This document shows positions 37,991-50,367 of a DNA stretch of 64,000 bases, one piece after another (the stretch's first letter is position 1; every line of letters begins with the position of its first letter). A program made the position numbers and the translations under genes. The stretch lies in contig NIVC01000521.1 of the NCBI GenBank assembly GCA_002269645.1, forward strand, positions 248,001-312,000, in the 5' to 3' direction. Under the pieces are notes generated by a model that was not told the DNA's origin, ran no database searches, and saw nothing but the letters and a program-made list of their open reading frames with translations. The stretch is from Macrostomum lignano (taxonomy: Eukaryota).

Positions 37991-39222
37991 GTACGTACGA
38001 ACGCACTATTTTTACTATTGTACATTTGAATCACAGCTCTATGATTTAAAATCGAATGTAGCTAGTTAAATTACCACATTATAGTTAGTTAATATTCAAA
38101 TGCAGTAGTAATTCTTTCCAACTTAGCCCTCTCAATGAGAAATTAATGGAAGACTAAAAGACTTCTGTGCTTCTGCTGTTAAAAGTGATTTAATGATCTC
38201 TATTCCACATGTAGAGGGATTATAGAATCCTCGCAAATAAAAAAGTGTGCCAGGACACTGATTTTTCAGATTTGTAGCTGGGGAAGAGACCATAGGTTCT
38301 TTTTGAGTTCTACACTGAATGTGAATAAATGCTGCTGTACATCTTCTTTTCCGTCAAGAAGGGGAACTTCGTGCTTGTGACTACGCGAATTGAAAAGTAC
38401 ACTTTTGCATGAGCAGTTTACTTGCACGACCAAAAGAGGAACTTCTCTCCTTGAATTCCAAAAATTCACGTTTAGCATCAGTTCTGTTTTCGTCTTGCAC
38501 TATTCACAAAACCAATGAGCTGTTTTGCATGCATTTTTATGATTTTTAAGTACAGGTAATGTACGTAGAAAAAAATTAACATAGAAGCCTAATTTTCTGA
38601 ACGAAAAGCTTTATGAATATCAAAGAGCAATAAGAAAGGCAAAACATATTAAACGATGAACATTGGATCTACTTTGCAAACAATAACAATTTTTGTGCTG
38701 ATAAAATGAAAAGTTCCTGTCTCCGTACTGTAATTTTTTGAAAAAACCTGTCTCCTAAAATTATCCAAGAAATCAGGTTTCCCGTCCGTTTTTTGCTTCA
38801 TTTTTAACCACGCTATTCTATTTCTTTGCATCTTTCGGCTTCTCCAAGAGCAATATTTGAATAACATGCATTTTGCAAAGGCCAAGAAGAATTTTCTACT
38901 CTCAATGCATTGTAAGAAGTGTAGAGGAAAAATACTGACTGAATTCTGAAAGTCTTTACTGGCTCAATTGTGACTTCGTCTCGAATTGCGTCACAGTGTG
39001 AAAAACACAATGTGAAAGCATAGCACAAGACTGCATTGCAAATTAGACTTGATTTAGATTGCGTAACCACATTGTTAACTTTAAAAATAATAATGCTTTT
39101 TTAAATTGAAGAAGTTTAAACTCAACAAAAGAACAAAAGTTTAAAATAAACATCATTTTAAGCATAAAAGAAGCGTTTATGTCAAACTTGAAAGTTTTAT
39201 CATGTCGAACATAAAAGATCGA

Positions 39223-39797
39223 CTCACGGGGTATTGCCATGGGATGTCAAAGGCTCATTTGGGAAGAACTGCTGAGTTTTCAGGGCTTGTAGGGGGAGTA
39301 TCTGAAAATCTGTGGCTCACGGGGTATTGCCATGGGATGTCAAAGGCTCATTTGGGAAGAACTGCTGAGTTTTCAGGGCTTGTAGGGGGGAGTATCTGAA
39401 AATCTGTGGCTCACGGGGTATTGCCATGGGATGTCAAAGGCTCATTTGGGGTGAACTGCTGAGTTTTCAGGCCTTGTAGGGGGAGTATCTGAAAATCTGT
39501 GGCTCACGGGGTATTGCCATGGGATGTCAAAGGCTCATTTGGGAAGAACTGCTGAGTTTTCAGGGCTTGTAGGGGGAGTATCTGAAAATCTGTGGCTCAC
39601 GGGGTATTGCCATGGGATGTCAAAGGCTCATTTGGGGTGAACTGCTGAGTTTTCAGGCCTTGTAGGGGAGTATCTGAAAATCTGTGGCTCACGGGGTATT
39701 GCCATGGGATGTCAAAAGCTCATTTGGGAAGAACTGCTGAGTTTTCAGGGCTTGTAGGGGGAGTATCTGAAAATCTGTGGCTCACGGGGAATTGCCA
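39223..39797. repeat. 93-bp tandem repeat, 6 copies plus partial
   Basis: CTCACGGGG at 39223, 39316, 39410, 39503, 39596, 39688, 39781. Confidence 0.97.
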
Positions 39798-40181
39798 AGA
39801 CTAACATGTATGAGGATTCTGGAATCGCTGATATGTTGTGACTTTCACACGGTTTGGGCTAGGGCTTGGGTTAGACTATGAAAGAAGCACCATATCGAAC
39901 ATAAAAGGTTCTTTGAGAAATTGGTAAGATGTTAAGATTACTAGATTAATGGGGGAATTGCTAAGATGCTAAGGCTTATATTGAAAATTGCTTTGATGTC
40001 AAGACCCATGGAAAATTTTCTGAGATGTTTAGGCTTGGGGGAATTGCTATAATTCTATGACTCTTGGCGAGAATCGCTGAGATGTCAAGGATCATGTGGG
40101 AATTATTTAAATCCTGTGGCTGCTGAGACGACAAGGCTTATGGAGAAATTACCGAAGTTCTGCCAGCTGTGGGGGGGAGGA

Positions 40182-40280
40182 ATTGCTGAGATGTTAAGTC
40201 TTACGGGGGGATTGCTGAGATGTTAGGTCTTACGGGGGGATTGCTGAGATGTTAGGTCTTACGGGGGGATTGCTGAGATG
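40182..40280. repeat. 29-bp tandem repeat, about 3.4 copies
   Basis: ATTGCTGAGATG at 40182, 40211, 40240, 40269. Confidence 0.9.
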
Positions 40281-40316
40281 CCAATACTCATGTACTCAAT
40301 ACTCAATACTCACTCA

Positions 40317-43300
40317 GGGGGACCCGTCGGTCTCGCCTGCAGCGCAGTCCTCCTCACCGGCGTATCCCGGAGGTACTGGGCGAGCAGCGGCCCCCAACCG
40401 CAGCCACCCCCAGCCCAGTGTCACCACTGCGCCCCCCCCCCGGAAAACCGGGCCGAGAGCGAGAATGCCGCCCAGGTAGCGACATCGCCCTCGACCATGG
40501 AATCCATCCGGGAGGAGCCCATGGAGCTGGAACCTGGAGCTATCGGCGAGGCAGAAGAGGCAGCTCTCCTGCACAACTCGCCTTGAGCCGGCAGGAAGCT
40601 GCGCGGACCACTCGTGGAATCCCCGGAGTGGACATCCTGCAGCTAAACCTGCACCACTGCATCGCGGCCTCGACCAACCTGATGCGGGTGGCAAACTTTG
40701 CGAAACCGGGCATCATCCTACTCCAGGAGCCCTGGACAAAGAAAGGTAAGATTCCGAATATTCCTGCTGGTTTTGACTGTTTTCAGGACCCTCAAAACCC
40801 CAGAGCAGCCATGTTCGTGTCTAGCCATCTCAAAGCTTGGCACAGACCGGACCTCTCTGACAGAGATCTCTGTGTCATTCAGTCCATCCACATTATCACC
40901 AACCGCACGGTCATAATCGCCTCGATTTATATCCCTGGCGATGGCCCCGCGGTTCCACCCAACCTCACCTCCCTCGTGGACTACTGCTCTAACCGTAGGT
41001 TCGAGCTGCTGGTGGCGGGCGACATCAACGCTCACCACACCCACTGGGGCAGTAATTCTTCCAATAGCAGAGGCGAGGAACTCCTTGCTTACATCTGCAC
41101 CACCAACACTGAGTTTTGCAACATTGGTGGAACCCCCACTTTGACAACTGGCGATGGACGGAGGCCCTCGACGTTACCCTCGTCTCCCATGGCTTGGCTC
41201 CTTTAGTCAAGGACTGGGAGGTGTGGGACGAAGAGGAGTTTCTGTCTGACCATCGCTTCTTTCGTTTTCGTTTGCAATCCTCTTGCCCCAAGCCTCAAAT
41301 TCTGTGGAAAAGGAACGTCCGGAACACTGACTGGACGGCTTTCACGGAAACCCTGAAATGCCAGACAGATCAGCTGACTACCGTCGCTCCAACCACCTGT
41401 CAGGAAGTGGATGACCTTGCAGACTTGCTCAGCAAGACCGTCCTGACAGCCCATGAGGCTTCCTGTCCTCTTAAAGCCTACAAAGGCAAAAAATCCGCCC
41501 CCTGGTGGCACCCGGCGCTCGGATCCCTCCGGCGCAAGGCAAAGTGCCTCCAACGGAAAGCTCGCAAGAGCAAGGACCCAGCTGACCTGGCCGCCTATCA
41601 AGAAGCGATCCGCGACTTTAAGCGTGAAACCAGGAAAGGCAAGTCCGACAAATGGCGCCAATACTGCGCGGAGTTAGAAGGCACCCGCCCTACTTCGCGC
41701 GTAGTTAAGGCTCTCACCCTCGACAAAATGTCAAAGCTCTCAGTTATTAAAAGACCGGACGGCCGGCTCGCTGAGAACCCTGGGGAATCGCTGGACATTA
41801 TGCTCACCAGCTCTTTCCCACGTGCCGCACCGCAGCAAGGCCCACCGGACCACTCTCCGGGCGGACAGATCCTGGCTTCGACCATCATTACTAGAGAGAG
41901 GACGGCTCGCGCCGCAAAATCCTTCTCTCCTTTCAAGTCCCCGGGTCCTGACAACATTTATCCTGCCTTCCTTCATGAGGCAGTTAAAAATGATAGGTTT
42001 CTCGGCCTCCTCTGCAACCTCTTCAAGGCCAGCATTACCCTCGGGTATGTGCCAAAAGCCTGGCAAGAGGCTACGGTAGTCTTCATACCCAAGCCAGGAA
42101 AGGGAGACTATCACTCCGCCAAAGCTTACCGCCCTATCAGTCTGACGTCCTTCTTCCTCAAACTGATGGAACGGCTGGTGCTCTGGCGCCTTCTCCTCGT
42201 TGAGCTGAGGAACTCCCCGCTCTCCCCTAATCAGCACGCCTTTCGTCCTGGACGTTCCATCGAAAGTGCACGCCATTGTCGACAAGCTGGAGCGCGCCGT
42301 GCTTGGCAGTGGATACGCGCTGTCGCTTTTCCTTGACATTGATGGTGCTTTCAACAATGTGCTCTTTGAAGCCTTTAAGCGAGCCCTGGAATCCCGGGGC
42401 ACGCACGAGCACCTCACCCGCTGGATCATGTACATGGTCTCCCATCGTACTGCCACCTCGCACCTCCTGGGACACTCACGCTCCGTGGAAGTCCAGAAGG
42501 GCGGACCGCAAGGTGGAGTCCTCAGCCCGATCCTCTGGAACTTAGTCATGGACGAGCTGCTTTGCAGCCCGCATCCGGACCCTGTTCAGAAGGTCGGCTA
42601 TGCGGACGATGTTACCGCCACTGTGGCTGACCATCGCCCGCGGTCCTCAGGGACCTCCTTCAAGCCTTCATCCACCGTGCCGAGCGCTGGGCACATAGCT
42701 GCGGCCTCAGGTTCTCTGAGTCTAAAACCGTGGCTATCATGTTCACCAGCTGCCGAAACTGGACGATTGAACTGCTCTCCCTCTATGGCAAACCTGTTGC
42801 CATGGAGAAACAAACTAGATGTCTAGGCGTCACCCTCGACCACAGGTTGAGCTGGACCCCGCACGTCCAAACGAAAGCCCGCAAAGCTCTCGCGACTCTC
42901 GCGCGGATCCGCAGAGCTTTCGGTGCGACCTGGGGCCTCACCCCCCGCCGCCTCTGGTGGATTTAAACTGCCATTGTTAGACCGGCCATCTCCTTCGCCG
43001 GCTTCATTTGGAACAGTGCCCTAGAGGTGAAAGGGGTTCTTGAGGTTTTAAATAGGGTGCAAGGCCGCGCTTGTCGAGCTATCATGAGCGCGGCTCCCTC
43101 AACGCCCTTCGCTGGCATGAACTCCTTCTTGGACATTCCCCCCTCGACCTCTTTGTTAGAGGGGAGGCTATGAAAACCACCCGTCGTCTGCTTGACGCGG
43201 GTGTCCAAATCCAGAAGCAGTTTGCCTTCAGAAAGCGGAACCTCCGGCCGCATGGCGACCTCAGCCTGCGAGACCTGGAAGCAGCGAGAGGCCTGCTGAC

Positions 43301-43790
43301 CCTCTCGGACGGAATCCTGTCCACGCTCTGCCCCCCGCTCAAATTCAAAACCAGCATTCCACCACGCCATGAAGCGAGAGACAACTAGAAACCCCATGAA
43401 ATCCACTGCTTCACTGACGGGTCCGAAGTCAACTCCGCCTCTGGATACGGCTACTGCATCGTGTCTGGAGGGAGAACTGTGGCGACCTTCTCCCAACACA
43501 CCAGCACCTGCTCCACCGTCTTCCAGAACGAAGTTCTCGCCATCAGCTCCTGCGCCATGGAGCTGTACAATCAGCACGTCTGGGGGAAGGAAATTACCCT
43601 CCACTCGGACAGTCAAGCGGCGATTCACGCCCTTGAGCGCACCACCACCTTCTCGCGTACAGTCCTCGACTGCATCGGGCAGCTCAACCGCTTAGGCGCC
43701 TCCAGCAAGGTGTCCCTAAGTTGGATCCCCGGGCCTTCGGGCCACCCCGGCAACGAGCTGGCCGATCGCCTGGCCAAGGCTGGCTTCCTA
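40317..43790 (+). mobile_element. Second LOA/Lian-type LINE; most of ORF1 missing, 3'-truncated after RNase H
   Basis: ILQLNLHHC...LLQEPW (APE); PQGGVLSPILWNLVMD, GYADD (RT); CFTDGS, VFQNE, SDSQAA, WIPGPSGHPGNELADRLAK (RNase H). No TSD or tail found. Confidence 0.9.
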
Positions 43791-44029
43791 CGCTACGCGC
43801 ACTCGTGATCTAGGCGTTGCTGAATTTAGCACACTCGTGCCCCCACCCATTATCCTGAGTTCCGACCTTCGTCTAACCACCCATTGTCTATGACAAAACC
43901 ATATGGACAAGCACATTATCTCATGAATGTATTTTTAGTAGCCTTAGATAATGGTAGATTGTATACTATACAAGTGCATTGTACTTATACTTTCACTCAG
44001 CGCGCAGTCATTGTAATTATACTTTTACC

Positions 44030-47000
44030 CACAGATACTAAAACACTAGATGGGTCACTTAATGCAAATTCGCTCGATGTCTGAATAGCCTACTCTCTTC
44101 TGGGCATATGAACGTGCAAGACTATCGATTTTTGTTCTCCCACGTCAGTGCTATGGTTTAAGCCATAGGCAAAAGTTTCAAGCATCGAAATCAAGCTTAC
44201 TAGTAGGGGTTCAGCGTGGCTTTCCTATTTGATATCAGAGCGAAAGCAAGGAGTATATATATTTTGACTTCTTTCCTTTGCTAGAGCGCAAAATCGTTTT
44301 CTCATTTAAGCAAGTAAAAACAATTGTCTAAATGGCTGCCGGAGGAAGAACGCATGAAGACCGAGTGCTGGCAAATATCGAAGAGTTGAAATACACAAGC
44401 GAAAATTGCTGTGCGGCGACTTGTACCAGCACTGGTACCTCTGTAAACGAAGATGGCATCCCGATTCGCATGCACCAGTTTCCGAAGAATCAGTCCATAG
44501 CATTGAAGTGGCAATCAATGCTGGAGTTACGAGCCATTTCAACGCCATGACCGAAGTACAAGGCTACGGTGGGATGCTGTTCCTGACAGAGAGCTGGTGT
44601 TGCCACGACTAATCAGTGAGAAGCCACTAGAAATAATTCCGAGTGACGATGCGGCTGATAATACGTACCCACCTGTTCTGTCGCGCTTTGACGTGGAAGA
44701 CGCAGTTCCAGAAGCAGATCAGATTCCTTCAATGGCAGTTGATTTAGCTAGCGCTGCTCCACCAGAACCAACTGCGTCTTGCTCTGCATCATTTCTACGA
44801 CTGCATGCATCGTCCAGCAAAGTAGCTGGAAACCTACGACGAAAGCTGTGTCGGCAGGAGAAGACGATCGATAAGCTGCGGCGCAAAATCGAAGACTCGC
44901 AGGTTGGAAAGTTCAGCAGCAGCAGCAGCAGCAGCGCCCTCCACCGTCTAGTGCAGAGCTCTATGAAGCAAACAAAGTCTCGCCACCGTGACATGCGTTG
45001 GGCTGTCGAAGACAACTGCTCTGCTATTCAAGTGCATCACAAAAGTCCTGCCGCGTACCGACTTCTTCGAGATCAGTGGAAGATGCCATTTCCATCAGAG
45101 CGGGGCATCAGATTTTTTCAGGAAGAAGGCGTTTGTGAAGTTACCATGAAGCTGATGAGAAAAAATTTGCAAGACTGCACAGAGAAAGAGCGAGTGGCCA
45201 CTCTTTGCTTTGATGGAATGAGCTTGTCAGGATGTGTGCGTTACAGCCAGTACAAGGACAAGATAATTGGCTTTGAGACTAATCCTGCTCAAGCGGATGC
45301 ACCAAAAGTTGTAGACGAAGCGGTAGTAGGCGTAGTTCGCGGTATTTTGCACAACTGGAAGCAGTCGATTGCATATTACCCTGTGCATCGGAGTCTCGGA
45401 CAGGAAGGTTTTCGTAACGCGATTGAAAGTTGTCTGACGGCGTGTCATCATGCAGGAATTATCGTTGTAGCTTTGGTTGCAGACCAAGAGACAAGCCAGT
45501 GGAGCTACTTATCTAAGTTGGTCAGCTCTTCCAAGCCGTTTCTGCACCACCCAGTGACAAACGAGCCTATTTTTGTCATCATTGATATCCCTCACTGCCG
45601 GGTCTAAAGCGCCGCCTTTCTCGAGATATTCTTGAAGAGCAGATCACAGAATTGGAGGCAGCTGAAAGCTTCTTACACAGTTGGAAATTTAGACCTCACA
45701 GCGGAAGGAAGCAAAAGGCTACAATGAAGTTCAAGGAAGCGTGGCTGCTGTCTATCTCATCGATCAAAAGTCTGGCCAGATCGCTGCTGCAAAACGGCGA
45801 TTTTCAATACATCTGCACTAGGAGGCTAAAACAGGATCACGTTGAGGTGCGTTAAACAGCCTTTTACCACTAGGCATGTTAATTATTGTAGCTTAGAGAT
45901 GATTAAATAACAACTTTTTAAAAAATTAAATTTTCAATTGTAGAATCTATTTAGCGTCGTCAGAGGTCGCAATGAGTTCAATGAAAAGCCACAGCTTCCT
46001 GCCTTTATTGGTGCCCTACGATCGATTTCTGCGAGTGGCATAATGAAAGCCGAGTCAAAAACTGGAAATTGCTCCAGCGACCAGTGCTCTGCTGGCGTCA
46101 CAGCAGCATGCATTACTCAACCGCTAAATTTACCAGCCGGATCAAGCGCATCTTTTGCCGAAAACGTTCCCACGACACGCACAGATGAGGGGCTCCAGTG
46201 CAGTTTGCAGCCGTTTGCTTCTCCTGACACATCAATCGAAGCCATGGAATATGTTGCTGGCTACGTGTTAGCAAAAAGTGGTGTACTGAATTGCCTGGAT
46301 TGCAAGGAAACTCTGACCGCTCAAATCCCATCTGGAGTTCACTTGGCCAACAAGCAGTACAGTGCCGTTCACACTTGATTGACAACACTATCGGAAGCAG
46401 TTCTGGAAAGTTTTATGCTGTTGGAATCTTTATTTGGCTCATTATCAAAGACTACATTGCTGCAGAATCACGTGAGCCATTCAGTTTTGAGATGCTTCCG
46501 ACACGCAAATGTGACCCTCCCCTCGTGCTCCGTGCACACGGAGATCGTCTGGTAGCAACTGTGCGTCAAGTTCGCTCGTCTCAGACTGCATCACTGGTGC
46601 CGCTGTGAGGCCAAGCCGCTGAAGGATAGGACAGCGCGATGCTCAGCAAGCAGAAAGATGAGTAAACCTAATTAACCTTTGTGTTTATATTAAACATTTA
46701 ATTGTATTTCGTTCTTTGTCACATTCGTTAACTTCAATTTGTTCATGAACATTTGCTTCAACTATCGGGTAAGTAGCTAGCTTCAACTATAAAGTATTGT
46801 TTTGTTTTCAGAATGCTTTTGTCTTGCCCAAATGCTTTATATGTACGAGTATAATATTTACTTTTGTGAAATCTTCTTTCAATCTGTGTATACATGATAA
46901 GTTGATACGACCCTGTGCATCAAAATATCTATACATGTAAGTGCAATGCTCATGCCTCTATTATAACAAGTTTAAACCAAGCCCACATTTTTGTTAATTT

Positions 47001-47214
47001 TTTTCATTTCCGTCGCTGTAAATAAACTTCAATGATTAAAAAAATGAGGGTCTGAAATGTCATAACTTTTTTTGTCAACATCATAATCTAAATATAATAT
47101 TAAAATTTTACTTGGTGCACAAATATATCCAAAAAACTCCATACAGACGCCCAATTGAAAGTAGCTTATTCATGAAATAGGCGAGAGACCCATCTAGTGT
47201 TTTTATTTTCTATG
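44030..47214 (+). mobile_element. P-element-superfamily transposon (THAP + transposase), defective
   Basis: Imperfect ~28-bp TIR CA(C/T)AGA...AAAACACTAGATGGGTC; TSD CTTTTACC at 44022-44029 and 47215-47222. Confidence 0.88.
44332..46680 (+). pseudogene. THAP/P-type transposase, frameshifted, internal deletion near 45600, intron 45847-45943
   Basis: CCAATC...MHQFPKN...LKW (THAP); LCFDGMSL, VRGILHNWKQSIAYY, VADQ, DIPH; QDHVE|NLFSVVRG joined by a GT..AG intron; EYVAGYV...CLDC. Confidence 0.88.
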
Positions 47215-47249
47215 CTTTTACCCAGACGCAATAACAAAATATTTTGGTA

Positions 47250-49467
47250 GCGCCGCACGGTTCGTTCAGTCGTCGACAGGAAGATTTTTTCAATTAATAA
47301 GCGCGGCTGTTCGACGAGATGCACCAGCCATGGTTGTTTGACAAGACAAATAGCTTTTTCTCCCACTACTCGCTTTCCTGATTTCTTGCAAGACGCAAGC
47401 GAAATCAGCACTCATCACAGTGTGTCTATGGTCAAACTAAGACACAACTCAGTGGTCTATGGGTAAAACAACTCTTAAAACAGCCAATAGAAGCATGATA
47501 AAAAGTGTGGAATAATGGCCGCAAAAGTGTGGAATAATGACTGAGCGCTGAGTGAAAGTATAAATATTGGTTTTTGCGAGCTATCTCAGCCAAGGAGCAA
47601 GCAAACTCATCCATCCCATAGATTTCAATACGACGAAGGAGGTGGTTTGAACCATAGACTATCACGTTTTTTCAACCAAACTCATCCAACGGGCGAGCAA
47701 TCTCAGCCATAGCTTGTTTATTAAGCGAAAAATTAAATTGGTTCGTATATAAGAGACTTTATGATAGAGCAGCACATCAGAACACAGGAAATTGACTAAC
47801 GGAACAAACAAATGACTCACTAAATAAGCACTGGTTGCATCTGATGCACGGTGTCAATTTGTCAGCTAGTCTCATTAGACAAAGGGCTGCTGCTGGATGC
47901 ACTGAGCATAATTTCTGCCGCAATGAATTTCCCAGCCAGCCACCCCTAGTGGTGTCACCGTGTCCAAGGCAATGCGGCCAAGTCGCTCCAACAGAATACA
48001 GCGCCACTCGGTACGGTTCATTCCATCCGGAATTCCACCAGCTTCCTCTTCCACCAGGGCAGGATTGACCAGCTGCCGTCTGATGTCAGCCTTCACCGCG
48101 CTATGCGCCATTTCGCATGGGTTTAGGAACGGCGAATAGGCAGGAAGCAGCTGCAGTGAAATCCTCGGCTGATGATTCTGTGGCACGATGACTCCACGGT
48201 GGAAGGTCGGCCCGTCACAGACAATTACAATTCTCGCATTGTTAACCTGGCCTTGGACTTGCTCCACTAGCTCGTTTACAAACTGTTGAAACCGCGGCCG
48301 CGTTTGGCCTCCTCGGAAGATCTCACTCTTGACCAAACCCAGCGCAGAGGAGACGGCAAGGCAAATGGTCAAATTCGGTCCTCTCTGAGTGGTGCAGATG
48401 CGACGCACAGGCTGACCTCTGATTGCTCGGCCTTGTGACCTTCGGCTCCACAAGTTATATCCAGTCTCATCGATGTACACCACCACGGCATCGTGTGGCA
48501 GCGTCGTCATCATCTGGGCATAGTCGCGTCGTCGGGCAAGCACTTCATCCGAGTTGGCTTGCAGGCGAATGTCCGCGTCCTTAGTCGCAATTTTGAATGT
48601 GTACAGAGAGCCCTGCAGTTCTCTGTGCACAGTCGTGGTCGACACCACGGGTTTGTTTGGCAGTCTTTCGTGCAGCTGCTGACACATGGTCTCGAGTGTT
48701 GCAAACGGATTGGCATCCACAATGCGAGTCAACTCTTGGCGCATTTCTGCGTCAATCTTGCTTGATTCCTCCCTTATTCCGCCACGTTGGAGAGCAGCAA
48801 TTCTTCCAGTAGCTACGTAAGTCCGGATTATATGTCTGGACGTCTTCAGCTTTATCCCGAGAATGCGTGAAGCAGTGCTCAAATTTTGTCCGTCATTCCA
48901 TGCGTTGATTAGCTTCTCTCTGTCGGAGTTGGATGTTTGTCGCAACTGAGCCATCGGAGGAGGAGGAAAGAAAGAAGGGAAGAGGAAATGAATGGGCAGA
49001 CAAGCTATGGCTGAGATTGCTCGCCCGTTGGATGAGTTTGGTTGAAAAAACGTGATAGTCTATGGTTCAAACCACCTCCTTCGTCGTATTGAAATCTATG
49101 GGATGGATGAGTTTGCTTGCTCCTTGGCTGAGATAGCTCGCAAAAACCAATATTTATACTTTCACTCAGCGCTCAGTCATTATTCCACACTTTTGCGGCC
49201 ATTATTCCACACTTTTTATCATGCTTCTATTGGCTGTTTTAAGAGTTGTTTTACCCATAGACCACTGAGTTGTGTCTTAGTTTGACCATAGACACACTGT
49301 GATGAGTGCTGATTTCGCTTGCGTCTTGCAAGAAATCAGGAAAGCGAGTAGTGGGAGAAAAAGCTATTTGTCTTGTCAAACAACCATGGCTGGTGCATCT
49401 CGTCGAACAGCCGCGCTTATTAATTGAAAAAATCTTCCTGTCGACGACTGAACGAACCGTGCGGCGC
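47250..49467 (-). mobile_element. Intact-looking IS630/Tc1-superfamily element with 468-bp TIRs, TA TSD
   Basis: TIRs 47250-47717 and 49000-49467; TA at 47248-47249 and 49468-49469; reconstructed empty site ggTAcc. Confidence 0.92.
47875..48954 (-). CDS. 359-aa IS630-like DDE transposase (DD33E)
   Basis: HTH-like N-terminus; YIDETGYN, VCDGPTFH, LPAYSPFLNPCE; 33 residues between second D and E; no stops or introns. Confidence 0.93.
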   Translation of the reverse strand: MAQLRQTSNSDREKLINAWNDGQNLSTASRILGIKLKTSRHIIRTYVATGRIAALQRGGIREESSKIDAEMRQELTRIVDANPFATLETMCQQLHERLPNKPVVSTTTVHRELQGSLYTFKIATKDADIRLQANSDEVLARRRDYAQMMTTLPHDAVVVYIDETGYNLWSRRSQGRAIRGQPVRRICTTQRGPNLTICLAVSSALGLVKSEIFRGGQTRPRFQQFVNELVEQVQGQVNNARIVIVCDGPTFHRGVIVPQNHQPRISLQLLPAYSPFLNPCEMAHSAVKADIRRQLVNPALVEEEAGGIPDGMNRTEWRCILLERLGRIALDTVTPLGVAGWEIHCGRNYAQCIQQQPFV

Positions 49468-50367
49468 TACCTAGGAAGAAAACGCGACCATGCAGTCTTC
49501 AACCCCTCGACGGCTATAAGCGATGCCTCAAAGCGGCCAATAGATTTAGTCGAGCAGCCGACAGTTCCAAAGAATACCAACTTGGATACTGCGGTACCAA
49601 AGAAGCTCATCAGACGAAGCTTATCGTCTGAGAAAAAGCCAACCAAGACGTGCATCTTTCAAATGGTAAGTTCGGCATCTATAGTTGAGCACCTGTATTT
49701 CTCTTTCATAGAAAACATTCAAAATAGACCAAATATTTTTGCAGTGCCAAATCATCAGGCTAAAGTGTCGAACATCTTTGGAAACTGCGGCTTTGAGAAC
49801 TGTGCATGTTTCAATTTGGGTGACAAATTGATTTTTACATTGTCAAATTTCGACTACAAACTGATGAACTGCACTAGCTGTGACATTTATTATGAACTCT
49901 TTTCGTGTAGCTGGTACTTTAGTTTTAATGATTTTTCCTTTTTGTTCATTTACTTCTTGTTGTTCTGTATTTAATAACAAAAATACTGAGCGATGGATTT
50001 TTTCAATCCAAATGTCTATGGTACACATCAAAACTGTGGAATAATGGTCAAAATATTTTTTCATTGCGTCTGGGTAAAAGTATTAATTACAATGACTTCG
50101 AAACGTTGAATAATGAGCGTACAGCACGACACAAAGAGCGTACAAGATAGGACAATGTTAGCGTACACTCATGACGGGTCAAAAAAGACTAATGTGACGG
50201 TGTCACTTCGGTCGTTGTCCTATTTGGGGGTTAATCACTATTTGCTTTCTGTAATCAGTTGGGCCATCTATTAAAATATGTAATTTAACATCTTCTTGTG
50301 TTGCTAATAGAAAGTTTGTAAGTAGCGTAGTAACTTGTCTGATATTTGTTTTACTAATTAAGGGTTG

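Noticed and set aside
40281-40440. (AATACTC)n read as a minus-strand LINE tail, implying a twin-priming inversion
   Set aside because: No TSD, no similarity to the first LINE's 3' UTR, and the plus strand fits an HDV-like 5' end better. Not fully excluded.
49306-49974. 222-aa ORF
   Set aside because: It starts in the right TIR and runs across the element boundary into flanking DNA; its mirror at 47166-47411 diverges at the TIR edge.
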